64,000 nt of DNA from Deferribacterales bacterium (GCA_050251875.1 JBFWMA010000002.1:128001-192000); one strand, 5' to 3'; positions 1 to 10,202 are shown, counted from the stretch's first letter. Made by a program: numbers and translations. The notes: generated by a model not told the origin, from the sequence alone.

Positions 1-1153
1 TCAGGTTAAGGATAGCCAGAGATACGTTGGGCGTGGGGACACGGATGGCGTTCCCTGTCAGCTTGCCTTTAAGGTCAGGCAGAGCCTTCGCCACGGCTTT
101 CGCCGCTCCTGTCTCTGTGATAACCATGTTCAGAGGGGCGCCGCGTCCTCTTCTATCTTTTTTGTGATAGTTGTCTATCAGGTTCTGGTCGTTGGTGTAT
201 GAGTGGCATGTTTCCACATGTCCGTTAACGATGTTGAATTTATCGTGCATGATCTTAAGCACGGGCACGATGGCGTTTGTGGTGCAGCTGGCGGCTGTGA
301 CAATTTTGTTGTCGGATGTCAGCGTCTTGTGGTTGATACCGTAAACCACGTTGGGCAGGTCGCCTTTTCCGGGAGCGGTCAGGATTACCTGTGAGGCGCC
401 GGGGCATTTCAGGTGCAGACCGAGTCCTTCCTCTGTGCTCCATTTGCCGGTGTTGTCTATAATCATGGCGTCTTTTATGCCGTATTTTGTATAGTCTACT
501 TTGTCGGGTCCGTCAGAGGCTATGAATTTTACATAGTTGCCGTTAACGATGATGGCATCCTCTTCCTCCACCACGATGATTGTTCCCTCAAAGGCTCCGT
601 GCACAGAGTCTCTGCGGAGCAGGCTGGCACGTTTCGCTATGTCCATCTTCTCTCCGGCGCGGATAACGACAGCGCGCAGACGGAGTCCTGTGCCCACTCT
701 GGAGCGGTTGATGAGGATGCGTGCCATGAGGCGTCCGATACGTCCGAAACCGTAAAGAACAACGTCTTTCTCCGGTTTGTCCTCGTAGTCGCTCACGTTT
801 ATCTCTGCCAGCTCTTTCAGAACGAAGTCTGCAACTGACTGTGTTTTATCTGTTTTTTCATATTTTGCGTAGAGCTTGCCTATGTCGATGGTGGCGGGCG
901 CCAGATCCATGTTGGCTACCACGTCCAGATAAGGCTTGGTCTCTCTTACAGAGAGCTCCTTATCTATTATCAGTCTGGCGAATCTGTGGATCTTCATAAG
1001 CTGTATGGGGTTTTTTCTCACAAGAGACTGTCCGAAGAGTCTGATAACAATGCCTTTCTGCTTATAAAGCCTTGTTATCACCGGAACCATTTCGGTGGCT
1101 ATGTCTTCGCGTTCTGTCCAGTCTTTCATGTATGCATCTGTCATTGTTCTCAT
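1..1153 (-). CDS. gap: Glyceraldehyde-3-phosphate dehydrogenase, long form with N-terminal extension (3' end runs off the window)
   Basis: Not in the ORF track. Manual minus-strand translation gives MRTMTDAYMKDWTERE...DVVLYGFGRIGRL (NAD-binding motif), later AASCTTNAIVP and GNAIRVPTPNVS. AGGAG RBS at 1161-1165. Confidence 0.95.
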   Translation of the reverse strand, partial: MRTMTDAYMKDWTEREDIATEMVPVITRLYKQKGIVIRLFGQSLVRKNPIQLMKIHRFARLIIDKELSVRETKPYLDVVANMDLAPATIDIGKLYAKYEKTDKTQSVADFVLKELAEINVSDYEDKPEKDVVLYGFGRIGRLMARILINRSRVGTGLRLRAVVIRAGEKMDIAKRASLLRRDSVHGAFEGTIIVVEEEDAIIVNGNYVKFIASDGPDKVDYTKYGIKDAMIIDNTGKWSTEEGLGLHLKCPGASQVILTAPGKGDLPNVVYGINHKTLTSDNKIVTAASCTTNAIVPVLKIMHDKFNIVNGHVETCHSYTNDQNLIDNYHKKDRRGRGAPLNMVITETGAAKAVAKALPDLKGKLTGNAIRVPTPNVSLAILNL

Positions 1154-1527
1154 GCGTACACTCCTAGATTAATTAAGCGGGTCTGTATTTTTGTGAGGCG
1201 TATTAAATATTATTTTTATGAAAAATAGAATAGGAAATGTGAGTTATTTGAAAAATAAATAACATGCTATGCTGTTATATTTTACTTATGAAATATTAAA
1301 ACATGTAAAAAGTCCTTGAAAAATCGCTCAGGCTTTGTTAGCATAGATATATGCAAAATAATTTGATTTAAATCATTATGATTCTATGGGTCAAACCCCG
1401 TGGAACATGTCAAGTATAGCTGATTTATTAATTATAATTCCGCTAATTTCTTATTTTTTATAAGTTAGTTATACCAATAATTTATATCGTGTAATACGCT
1501 TATATCTATAAACAAAATGGTTGGATA

Positions 1528-2733
1528 ATGGACAAAAAAGAAAAAATCAAAATCGAAGATTTGTATAAGATCTATGGAAACAAGCCTAAACAGGCTCTGT
1601 CTATGCTGAAAAATGGAAAAACAAAAGAAGAGGTGCTGGAAAAAACCCGGATGTCTGTGGGGGTTAACAATGCCTCATTCACAATATACGAAGGCGAGAT
1701 TTTTGTTATCATGGGGCTTTCCGGTTCCGGCAAGTCCACTTTGGTGCGTCTTCTGAACAGACTGATCGAACCCACGTCCGGCTCCGTGTGGCTGGACGGC
1801 GAGGATGTTGCGAAGATGGGCACGGACAGGCTCACGGAGATACGCAGGAGGAAGATGTGCATGGTCTTTCAGTCTTTTGCCCTGATGCCGCACATGACCG
1901 TTCTGGAGAACGCCGCTTTCGGGCTGGATATAGCCGGAGTAAAGAAAGACGAGCGCAGGGAACGGGCTCTGGCGGCTCTGGGGCAGGTGGGGCTGGACGC
2001 ATGGGCGGACAGCTATCCGGACGGACTCTCCGGCGGGATGAAACAGAGAGTGGGGCTGGCGAGAGCGCTGGCGACCAATCCCGAGGTTCTGCTGATGGAC
2101 GAGGCATTTTCGGCTCTTGACCCGCTCATCCGCTGCGAGATGCAGGATGAACTGCTCAAGATTCAGAAAAAAAATAAACGCACAATAGTATTCATATCAC
2201 ACGATCTGGACGAGGCTATGCGCATCGGCGACCGGATCGCCATCATGGAAGGGGGCAGAGTGGTTCAGGTGGGAACGCCTGAGTATATTCTTCTGAACCC
2301 CGCGGACGATTATGTCAGAGCCTTTTTCAGAGGCGTTGACCCCACCATCATACTCACAGCGAAAGATATAGCCCAGAAAAATGACGTCACCATAAAGATG
2401 CGCCCCGGGAACGGACCGAGAACCGCCGTTCAGAGGCTTATCAAATATGAGAAGGATCAGATATATGTTCTGGATGAGGAGGAGATATATCTGGGGGTGC
2501 TCACCAGAGACGTTCTGGATGAGATGATAGACAGGGGCGAAAGGGAGCTGGACGCCGGCAGGCTGAATGTGATCGAGCCATCCCGTGAAACGGACTCCAT
2601 GCAGGATATCCTGCCTAAGCTGATATCCGGTACAGCGCCTGTTCCGGTGGTGGACGCCGAGGGCGTATACGCCGGAACGATATCCAGAAAGCAGTTTTTG
2701 AAAACCCTGCATAGAAACGGAGAAAGCGAATGA
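1528..2733 (+). CDS. proV: Glycine betaine/proline ABC transporter ATP-binding subunit with C-terminal CBS-like region
   Basis: GLSGSGKS Walker A, LSGGMKQR signature, MDEAFSALDPLIR; first gene of proVWX. Confidence 0.93.
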   Translation: MDKKEKIKIEDLYKIYGNKPKQALSMLKNGKTKEEVLEKTRMSVGVNNASFTIYEGEIFVIMGLSGSGKSTLVRLLNRLIEPTSGSVWLDGEDVAKMGTDRLTEIRRRKMCMVFQSFALMPHMTVLENAAFGLDIAGVKKDERRERALAALGQVGLDAWADSYPDGLSGGMKQRVGLARALATNPEVLLMDEAFSALDPLIRCEMQDELLKIQKKNKRTIVFISHDLDEAMRIGDRIAIMEGGRVVQVGTPEYILLNPADDYVRAFFRGVDPTIILTAKDIAQKNDVTIKMRPGNGPRTAVQRLIKYEKDQIYVLDEEEIYLGVLTRDVLDEMIDRGERELDAGRLNVIEPSRETDSMQDILPKLISGTAPVPVVDAEGVYAGTISRKQFLKTLHRNGESE

Positions 2734-3578
2734 GTTTTTTTGATTTTGACGAAAGGATAATACCGCTCGATTCATGGATTCAGAGCGGAGTTGATATATT
2801 GGTAGAGAACTACAGGGATGTTTTTCAGATGATGAAGATGCCTGTGGAGGTCTCGCTGAACAGTGTGGTGTGGGTTCTGACATATCTGCATCCGCTTATA
2901 GTAATAGTCGCTCTCTGCGCCGCCGCCTATAGATATTCCGGTAAAAAACTGGCGCTCTTCACTGCCTTTACTCTTCTGCTCACGGGCATGCTGGGTTTCT
3001 GGGAAGAGACTATGGTTACTCTGGCTATGGTGTTCTGTTCGGTGCTCTTCTGCGCTGTTGTGGGTATTCCGCTGGGCATACTGGCGGGACGCAGCGACAG
3101 GTTCGAGGGATTTATCCGTCCTTTTCTGGACGCCATGCAGACCACTCCGGCGTTTGTGTATCTGGTGCCTGTGGTGATGCTTTTCAGCATCGGTACTGTG
3201 TCGGGGATTCTGGCGACTATTGTTTTTGCTATGCCCCCCATAATCAGGCTGACGAGCCTGGGCATACGCCATGTACATCCGGAGCTTGTGGAGGCGGCCG
3301 TGTCGTTCGGCGCCACGCCTTTTCAGGTTCTGCGCAGGGTGCAGATACCCCTTGCCATGCCGTCTATCATGGCGGGGCTGAATCAGACCATCATGATGTC
3401 GCTGTCCATGGTGGTTATAGCGGCGCTGATAGGCGCAGGCGGACTGGGTATGCCTGTCTTTCTGGGGCTGAACACTCTGGACATAGGACTGGCGACCATA
3501 GGCGGTCTCTGCATAGTTCTGCTGGCGATGGTGCTGGACAGAATCACGCAGGGAATGGGAACAGCAAAAAGAAAATAA
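2730..3578 (+). CDS. proW: Glycine betaine/proline ABC transporter permease
   Basis: DAMQTTPAFVYL, EAA loop, GLNQTIMMSLSMVV; ATGA overlap with proV. Confidence 0.93.
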   Translation: MSFFDFDERIIPLDSWIQSGVDILVENYRDVFQMMKMPVEVSLNSVVWVLTYLHPLIVIVALCAAAYRYSGKKLALFTAFTLLLTGMLGFWEETMVTLAMVFCSVLFCAVVGIPLGILAGRSDRFEGFIRPFLDAMQTTPAFVYLVPVVMLFSIGTVSGILATIVFAMPPIIRLTSLGIRHVHPELVEAAVSFGATPFQVLRRVQIPLAMPSIMAGLNQTIMMSLSMVVIAALIGAGGLGMPVFLGLNTLDIGLATIGGLCIVLLAMVLDRITQGMGTAKRK

Positions 3579-3588
3579 GGAGGAATAG

Positions 3589-4611
3589 ATGAAGAAAATT
3601 TTAATAATCTTAGCCGTATGTCTGGCTGTGGTGTCTTCGGCTTTTGCTTATAACAAACTGCCCGGAAAGGGAACGACACTGAAGCCCGCAAGGGCGACAT
3701 GGGATACCGGATATTTTCAGGAAGCCATAATCAGAGAGGCTATGCAGGAGCTGGGATACAAGGTGGAGAAGCCGAAAGATCTTTCTAACCCGCTCTTTTA
3801 CCAGTCGTTGTATCTGGGCGATGTGGACTACTGGGCGAACGGATGGTTTCCGACTCACGACAACCAGCTTCCCAAAAACTTTTATGACAAAGCGGACAAG
3901 GTGGGATATGTGGTGAAGGCGGGAGGTCTTCAGGGATATCTGGTTTCGAAGGTATACGCCGAGAAATATAATATCAAATCTCTGGACGATTTCAAAAGAG
4001 AAGAGGTGAAAAAAGCCTTCGACTCGAACGGAGACGGCAAAGCCGACCTGACCGCCTGTCCTCCCGGATGGGGATGCGAAAAGATAATCGCCCACCATAT
4101 GAAGGCATATAAACTGGGCAAAGACATAAACCTGATAAAAGCGTCATATTCCGCCAGCATGGCGGAGGAACTGGCAAAGTTCAAATCGGGGAAACCTGTA
4201 TTTTTCTACACATGGGCGCCCAACTGGACAATCTTTAAGATGAAGCCCGGTCAGGATGTGGTGTGGATAAACGTGCCTAAGATAGACCCCGCAGGGTCAC
4301 AGGCGCAGGCTGTGGACAGAATGACCGTGGCGGATGTGACAGGCGCCGTGAGCAACCCTGTTAAGCTGGGGTTTGTCGTGAGCGACATCCGTGTGGTAGC
4401 CAACAAAAAATTTCTGGCGAAAAATCCGGCGGCAAAAAAATTCTTCGAGCTGTTTTCGCTGTCGCTGGCAGAAATAAACGAGCAGAACACCAAAATGAAT
4501 GAAGGTGAAAAATCTGACAAAGATATCCAGAGACACGCTCTGGCGTGGATAGCCAAGCATCAGGACACATGGAACGGATGGATCGAGGAAGCGAGAAAAG
4601 CCGCTGACTAA
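3589..4611 (+). CDS. proX: Glycine betaine ABC transporter periplasmic binding protein
   Basis: Signal peptide, CPPGWGC motif, Trp-cage-like residues (GWFP, GWGC, YTWAP), AAGGAGG RBS. Confidence 0.9.
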   Translation: MKKILIILAVCLAVVSSAFAYNKLPGKGTTLKPARATWDTGYFQEAIIREAMQELGYKVEKPKDLSNPLFYQSLYLGDVDYWANGWFPTHDNQLPKNFYDKADKVGYVVKAGGLQGYLVSKVYAEKYNIKSLDDFKREEVKKAFDSNGDGKADLTACPPGWGCEKIIAHHMKAYKLGKDINLIKASYSASMAEELAKFKSGKPVFFYTWAPNWTIFKMKPGQDVVWINVPKIDPAGSQAQAVDRMTVADVTGAVSNPVKLGFVVSDIRVVANKKFLAKNPAAKKFFELFSLSLAEINEQNTKMNEGEKSDKDIQRHALAWIAKHQDTWNGWIEEARKAAD

Positions 4612-4618
4612 ATAATTA

Positions 4619-4646
4619 AAAGCCCTCTTTTTGAGGGCTTCTTTTT
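4619..4646 (+). terminator. Intrinsic terminator after proX
   Basis: AAGCCCTC-ttttt-GAGGGCTT followed by CTTTTT. Confidence 0.7.
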
Positions 4647-4686
4647 ATGTTACAATATGTTTATAACAATTCACGCCGGAGGGCAG

Positions 4687-5706
4687 ATGAAGTTTTTCTC
4701 AGCTGTACTGCTATCTTTTTTTCTGTCATGTTCCGCCTTAGCCTATGACCTGTATCCGGGCAGGGGAAAGACTGTTACGTCCGTCAGACCCCAGTGGGAC
4801 ACCGGATATTTTCAGGAGGCGCTCATCAGGCGCGCCCTGACTGAGCTGGGCTACACATGCGAACAGCCGAAGGTCATGCCGAATGCCGCTATGTATGAAA
4901 GCGTTATGAACGGCAGCGCTGACTATATGGCGGACGGATGGTTTCCCGATCACGAGAGCCAGCTCCCCAGAGGATATTACGACAAGGCGGAAAACGTGGG
5001 ATATGTCCTCAAAAGAGGCGGTATTCAGGGGTATATGATCCCGAAGAAATACGCTGATAAATACCATATAACATCACTGGAAGATTTCAGAAGACCGGAT
5101 GTAAGAAAGGCTTTCGACATTGACGGAGACGGCAGGGCTGATCTGAGCGTCTGTCCGAAGGGCTGGATGTGCAGAGAGATAACCGAATTTCATCTGAAAG
5201 AATACAATCTGGGCGGTTTCATAAATCTGGCGGACAGCCCGAAAGATATAAACTATGAAGAGATTCTGGACAGATATACGGCAGGCAGGGCGGTTCTTTT
5301 CTATAACTGGGCGCCGAACTGGACAAACTCAAAGATGATTCCGGGTATGGACGCTGTGTGGATCAATGTTCCCTTCACCGCGCCGTATAAATCTCAGAGC
5401 GGCAGTCAGGACAGGCTGGAGGCTGTGAACATAGCCGGAGCAGTGACAGAAAAGATAAGGCTGGGGTTCGCCGTCAGCGACATCCGGGTTACGGCCAACA
5501 GCAGATTTCTGAAGAAAAATCCCGCTGTCAGAAAGTTTTTTGAAGTATTTTCGCTGTCGCTGGATAACATCAGCGAGCAGAACAGCAAGATGCACTATGG
5601 GGAAAAATCCGAAAAGGATATAGAGCGTCATGTCACCGAGTGGATAGCCGGACACAAGAGCAAGTGGGACAGATGGCTGGCGGATGCCAGACAGGCGGCT
5701 GACTGA
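4687..5706 (+). CDS. Second ProX-family betaine-binding protein (tandem paralog)
   Basis: Colinear with 3589-4611 (WDTGYFQEA, CPKGWMC, WAPNW, GEKSEKDI). Start set at MKFFS after GGAGGG. Confidence 0.88.
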   Translation: MKFFSAVLLSFFLSCSALAYDLYPGRGKTVTSVRPQWDTGYFQEALIRRALTELGYTCEQPKVMPNAAMYESVMNGSADYMADGWFPDHESQLPRGYYDKAENVGYVLKRGGIQGYMIPKKYADKYHITSLEDFRRPDVRKAFDIDGDGRADLSVCPKGWMCREITEFHLKEYNLGGFINLADSPKDINYEEILDRYTAGRAVLFYNWAPNWTNSKMIPGMDAVWINVPFTAPYKSQSGSQDRLEAVNIAGAVTEKIRLGFAVSDIRVTANSRFLKKNPAVRKFFEVFSLSLDNISEQNSKMHYGEKSEKDIERHVTEWIAGHKSKWDRWLADARQAAD

Positions 5707-5714
5707 GATAAAGT

Positions 5715-6320
5715 CTATCTCAGCTCTTTCAGTCCTTTTTCGGTGAGTCGGAATTTTATGGCGTTTCTAAGCACGGCGTTGCCCCGCGCGAGGGTTTCGT
5801 CATTCACCTCTTCTCCGCCTATCTCCAGAAAATTCAGCCAGAATATCAGCAGAAGCCAGAGTTCCTCGGTAAAAAGGTCTATCTCCTCCTGAGTCATCTG
5901 AACCATATTTCCGCATGCGATACTGTTCAATATCCCCGTTTTCGCTATCATCAGCATGCCCTGATGGGTTCTGGTATAGGCTTCCATCAGCTCCCTGTCT
6001 CCGTGGAGCAGGGAAGTCAGCTCACGTTTGAAGAAACGGAACCGCCAGTTGAACTTCTGCACCATCACAAATGTATGCTCCATCGCTTCAAGAGTTCCTA
6101 TCTGGTACTGAGAGGCGACTTTGCCGTATTCTTCCATGCCGATTCTGTCCATCATGGCAAATATCTCTCTTATTATCTCCTCTTTGTTCTTGAAATAATA
6201 ATAGAGACTGCCGGGGCTGATGCCCAGTTTCGCCGCTATGTGATTGGTGGTGACGTTCTTTGTCCCCTGTTCGTTAAAGAGCTCTATAGCGGTTTCGATT
6301 ATCTGCTGTTTCCTTGTCAT
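5715..6320 (-). CDS. TetR/AcrR-family transcriptional regulator
   Basis: N-terminal HTH: IELFNEQG...TTNHIAAKLGISPGSLYYYFKNKEEI. Confidence 0.93.
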   Translation of the reverse strand: MTRKQQIIETAIELFNEQGTKNVTTNHIAAKLGISPGSLYYYFKNKEEIIREIFAMMDRIGMEEYGKVASQYQIGTLEAMEHTFVMVQKFNWRFRFFKRELTSLLHGDRELMEAYTRTHQGMLMIAKTGILNSIACGNMVQMTQEEIDLFTEELWLLLIFWLNFLEIGGEEVNDETLARGNAVLRNAIKFRLTEKGLKELR

Positions 6321-6344
6321 CGTTTATATATACTTGGAATGACG

Positions 6345-7703
6345 TCAGTAATCAAGATGAGCGTTCTCTAATTTATTCAGGAATTTTCCCAGCAGTTTCA
6401 GCCTCTGGACAAATCCGAAAAAGCTGAACCGGAATATCACCGGAAGAAGCCTGTATGCCGGAACGGCTGATTTATACAGTTCCGCCAGCTCATGATAAAA
6501 ATCTTTCATCGGCATTTTTGTCGGCAGAAGTGTGTGGAGCATGTCGAATAGCTCCGGTTTTTCCGACAGCATCCTGTGTCTGTTGTCATGGTAAAGCTCG
6601 GTGCCGGGCAGGGGAGTCATTATGGTGAATGTGGCGTATGTCAGCTTCAGCCTGCGGATATATGCTTTCAGCGCTTTGAAATCAGCCGGGGTATAGTCCT
6701 GGCTCACCATGAACGAAGCGTACATCATGATGTTATTGTCACGCAGGATTTTTACCGCCTCTTCCTGCTGGCTGGTGGTGATGTTCTTTTTCATGGATTT
6801 CAGCCGCTCGTCAGAAAAATCCTCCATGCCGACAAATACCTGCTTCAGCCCTATCTGAGCCCATTTTCTGAACAGCTCCGGATGTCGTACTATGGTGTCC
6901 GCGCGGGCGTACAGGAAATAGTTTTTTCTGATGCCCGCCTCTCTGATGCGGTCTGCCAGCTCGTCCATCCGCTTTGCGCTGCACATGGATTCGTCATCGC
7001 AGAAGAAGACGTTCTTCTCTTCTATGCTTTTCAGCTCACGGATGACCGAATCGTGACCCCGGGTCAGATATTTTCCACCAGTGATAGACCACAGAGAGCA
7101 GAAATTGCATCTGGCGGTGCATCCCAGAGATGTGCGCAGTGATGCCAGCGGTTTGAACCATTCGCTGAAATATCTGTTTCTGTGCTGTTTCGTGAGGTAT
7201 CTGGCGGGGAAGGGGAGCTCGTCCAGCGGGGTGTATGGTCTGGGTTTGGTGAGAATCATTTTTTCAGGATGCGGTATCCCCACGCCGTCTATATGCGAAA
7301 AGTCCTTCTTTTCGGTTACGGCTTTCATCAGCTCTTTCAGAGTGAAAACGCCTTCACCTATCACCACGGCGTCTATGTATGTCTCGTTAAAGTCTTCCGG
7401 CTTCACCGTGGCGTGGTGCCCGCCGATGAATATTTTTGTATCCGGCATGATCTTTCTGATATCAGCGGCTGTCTTTTTGGTGATGTTCACCTGAGACGTG
7501 AAGGATGTTATGCCCACTGCGTCCGGTCTGAAATCTTTTACCATGCTGTCTATATCACGGTCTATGCGGGCGTCCAGTATGACCGGTTCGTGTCCTTCCT
7601 CCAGCATTCCCGCCGCCAGATATTCCAGAGACAGCGGCTCGAAGAGAAAGACCTGATCCATAAAATCATCCTGACTGGGGGGCTGGATAAGAAGAATTTT
7701 CAT
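6345..7703 (-). CDS. B12-binding (class B) radical SAM protein
   Basis: N-terminal B12-binding domain (EPLSLEYLAA, IGGHHAT, IGEG) and CTARCNFC CxxxCxxC motif. Confidence 0.9.
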   Translation of the reverse strand: MKILLIQPPSQDDFMDQVFLFEPLSLEYLAAGMLEEGHEPVILDARIDRDIDSMVKDFRPDAVGITSFTSQVNITKKTAADIRKIMPDTKIFIGGHHATVKPEDFNETYIDAVVIGEGVFTLKELMKAVTEKKDFSHIDGVGIPHPEKMILTKPRPYTPLDELPFPARYLTKQHRNRYFSEWFKPLASLRTSLGCTARCNFCSLWSITGGKYLTRGHDSVIRELKSIEEKNVFFCDDESMCSAKRMDELADRIREAGIRKNYFLYARADTIVRHPELFRKWAQIGLKQVFVGMEDFSDERLKSMKKNITTSQQEEAVKILRDNNIMMYASFMVSQDYTPADFKALKAYIRRLKLTYATFTIMTPLPGTELYHDNRHRMLSEKPELFDMLHTLLPTKMPMKDFYHELAELYKSAVPAYRLLPVIFRFSFFGFVQRLKLLGKFLNKLENAHLDY

Positions 7704-7714
7704 ATGACGCTCCG

Positions 7715-7759
7715 TTAGAGTATTTACTCTAAATTAGAGTATTTGCTCTAACGCGTCAA
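7715..7759 (-). promoter_or_regulatory. Sigma70 promoter overlapped by two tandem 18-bp palindromic operators
   Basis: TTAGAGTA-TT-TACTCTAA (7715-7732) and TTAGAGTA-TT-TGCTCTAA (7734-7751). Minus-strand TTGACG (7759-7754)-N17-TAATTT (7736-7731). Confidence 0.8.
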
Positions 7760-7760
7760 G

Positions 7761-7786
7761 AAAAAAAGCGGGACAAAAGCCCCGCC
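7761..7786 (-). terminator. Intrinsic terminator of the SPFH gene
   Basis: Minus strand GCGGG-GCTTTTGT-CCCGC followed by T7. Confidence 0.65.
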
Positions 7787-7798
7787 TTAAAAATTGTG

Positions 7799-8539
7799 TT
7801 ATTTTTTCAGTGCGCTGACAATGCTTTCCAGCGACATGGGAAAGACGATGGTGTTCGTCTTGTCGTTGGCTATCTGGTTCAGTGTTTGCAGATAACGAAG
7901 CTGAATAGTAAGAGGGTTCTGCGCCATAATGTCGCTCGCCTCGTGCAGTTTCTGAGCGGACTGCATCTCGCCCTCTGCGTTGATGATCTTGGCTCTTCTT
8001 TCTCTCTCTGCCTCTGCCTGTTTCGCCATAGCCCGCTGCATTTCTGTGGGCAGGTCTATGTGTTTCATCTCCACGGATGATACCTTTACGCCCCAGGGAT
8101 CTGTCTGGCTGTCCAGAACATCCTGAAGCTCTTTGTTGATGTGCTCTCTGTTGGAAAGCATCTCGTCCAGCTCGAACTGACCCAGAATACTTCTGAGGGT
8201 GGTCTGCGAAAGCTGGCTGGTGGCATAGTAAAAATCCTCAACCTCGAGAACCGCTTTGTTCGGTTCCAGAACTCTGAAGTAAACAACGGCGTTCACCTTA
8301 ACAGAAACGTTGTCTTTTGTGATTACGTCCTGCGGGGGAACATCCATAACAAATGTTCTCAGGTTGACCTTGGTCATCTTTTCCAGAACAGGGATCAGGA
8401 TTATCAGACCGGGGCCTCTGACACCAGTGTAACGTCCGAGGCGGAAGATAACGCCTCTTTCATATTCCTTCAGGATCTTGATAGAATTGAGCAGAACCAT
8501 GATTACGAGCACCAGAAACACTAACGGTATCTGAAACAT
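7799..8539 (-). CDS. SPFH/band-7 stomatin-like (slipin) membrane protein
   Basis: [33 protein letters not shown]. Start moved to MFQIP after GGAGG at 8545-8549. Confidence 0.92.
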   Translation of the reverse strand: MFQIPLVFLVLVIMVLLNSIKILKEYERGVIFRLGRYTGVRGPGLIILIPVLEKMTKVNLRTFVMDVPPQDVITKDNVSVKVNAVVYFRVLEPNKAVLEVEDFYYATSQLSQTTLRSILGQFELDEMLSNREHINKELQDVLDSQTDPWGVKVSSVEMKHIDLPTEMQRAMAKQAEAERERRAKIINAEGEMQSAQKLHEASDIMAQNPLTIQLRYLQTLNQIANDKTNTIVFPMSLESIVSALKK

Positions 8540-8618
8540 ATTGACCTCCGTGATATACTTGGTTATTATCTTAATCCCAAAATGCCTTATGGGCAAATCT
8601 TTTCTGACGGGTTGACAA

Positions 8619-9488
8619 ATGACTGCGAAAAGCATGACAGGCTACGGAAAAATTATGACAGGCAACGATATCTGCGATCTGAAGGTCGAGATGAAGTCTG
8701 TAAACAGCAGATATTTTGACTGTAATGTCAGGATGCCCAGAATGTTTAACTTCATGGAGATAACGCTTAAAAACGCTCTGAAAGATATTCTGGTTAGAGG
8801 AAAGGTGGATGTGAACATCGACCTTAAACTGAAAAAACAGCAGTTCAAACCCGTTCTCAGATCGGACGCGGTGGAGAGCTATCTTTCTATCTTCACCGAG
8901 CTGAAAGAGAAATACGGTGTGCACGGCGAGATCAGGCTGGAGCATCTGCTCTCTTTCAACGATATTCTGGAATCGGAAGAGGCGGACGACATGGGTCAGC
9001 TTCTGGCGGAATTCGTTCTGGGGGCGCTGAATACCTGCGCCAGTGAAATGAGCGCCATGAGAGAACAGGAAGGTCTTAATCTGGCTGATGACATAAAAAC
9101 CAGACTGGATATATTAAAAAATATCGCTGCGGATGTGGATAAAAGCCGTGAGGATGTCTATGCCTACTGGCAGGACAAATTCACCAAGCGCATGGCGGAA
9201 TTCGGCGTGGACGCCGAAGACAGGATAATTCAGGAGGCGGCTGTGATGTCTGAAAAAGCGGACATATCAGAAGAGGTCACCAGAATATATTCACATGTGG
9301 AGCAGTTCAGAAAGATAATCGACACAGAAGACCAGAGCGGTAAGAAGCTGGATTTCATGTGTCAGGAGCTGAACCGTGAGTTCAACACCATCGGATCCAA
9401 AAGCGGCAAGACGGACATTATAAATAATGTCGTGCAGGCAAAAAGCGAGATTGAGAAAATCCGTGAACAGGTACAGAATCTGATATGA
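8619..9488 (+). CDS. yicC: YicC/YloC-family endoribonuclease
   Basis: KSMTGYG N-terminus; [28 protein letters not shown]-terminus. Confidence 0.92.
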   Translation: MTAKSMTGYGKIMTGNDICDLKVEMKSVNSRYFDCNVRMPRMFNFMEITLKNALKDILVRGKVDVNIDLKLKKQQFKPVLRSDAVESYLSIFTELKEKYGVHGEIRLEHLLSFNDILESEEADDMGQLLAEFVLGALNTCASEMSAMREQEGLNLADDIKTRLDILKNIAADVDKSREDVYAYWQDKFTKRMAEFGVDAEDRIIQEAAVMSEKADISEEVTRIYSHVEQFRKIIDTEDQSGKKLDFMCQELNREFNTIGSKSGKTDIINNVVQAKSEIEKIREQVQNLI

Positions 9489-10096
9489 AAACACATAAAG
9501 GAAAACTATTTGTCGTGAGCGCCCCCAGCGGCGCCGGAAAGACAACCCTGTGCAGCAGGCTGCTGGGCAATTTCAACACCATCGGATATTCAGTGTCTTA
9601 CACCACCAGAACACCCAGACATGACGAAACCGACACAGAAGACTATTATTTCATCTCTGTGGCTGAGTTCGAGGCGATGATAGATCGTGGCGAGTTTCTG
9701 GAATGGGCCAAGGTGCACAACAACTATTACGGCACATCCAGAACCAAGGTGGAAGAGATTCTGGAAACGGGGCGTGACGTTCTTCTGGACATAGATCCCA
9801 AAGGCGCCCGCCAGCTCAGAGAATCTCTGGATTACGGCATATATATTTTCATCACCGCCCCCAGCATGAAAGATCTGGAAACCAGGCTGCGCAACAGACG
9901 CACAGAGGACGAAGAGATCATGCGTCTGCGCCTCACCAATGCCCGTGAGGAGATTCAGCATTTTAAAGAGTATGATTATCTGATAGTTAACAGCGATATC
10001 AACAGAGCCTCAAACGATCTGGAATGTATTTACATAGCGGAGCATCTTAAGGCTTGTGATGTTGACACTATTGACGATATAATGAATCTTGACTAA
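9485..10096 (+). CDS. gmk: Guanylate kinase
   Basis: SAPSGAGKTTL, SYTTRTPR, NYYGTS. Confidence 0.96.
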   Translation: MKTHKGKLFVVSAPSGAGKTTLCSRLLGNFNTIGYSVSYTTRTPRHDETDTEDYYFISVAEFEAMIDRGEFLEWAKVHNNYYGTSRTKVEEILETGRDVLLDIDPKGARQLRESLDYGIYIFITAPSMKDLETRLRNRRTEDEEIMRLRLTNAREEIQHFKEYDYLIVNSDINRASNDLECIYIAEHLKACDVDTIDDIMNLD

Positions 10097-10116
10097 GGTA
10101 TATTATTAATACAACA

Positions 10117-10202
10117 ATTCCCTCCTTTCCCAAAGGAGGGCTGGGGTGGATTTCTTTAAAGAAAAAAATCTCCCCTAACCCCTCTTTAAAAAAGAGGGGG
10201 AT
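10117..10202. repeat. Inverted pair of hairpin repeats (REPIN/MITE-like)
   Basis: Left unit ATTCCCTCCTTTCCCAAAGGAGGGCTGGGGTGGATTT. Reverse complement of the right unit is ATCCCCCTCTTTTTTAAAGAGGGGTTAGGGGAGATTT. Each unit has its own hairpin. Confidence 0.7.

Noticed and set aside
203..1228. Several plus-strand ORFs in the ORF track
   Set aside because: They are antisense shadows of the minus-strand GAPDH, which the track missed because its stop codon is outside the window.
1385..1415. GGTCAAACCCCGTGGAAC as a possible c-di-GMP-I riboswitch
   Set aside because: It lacks the GNRA/receptor and second stem, and I could not build a convincing structure.
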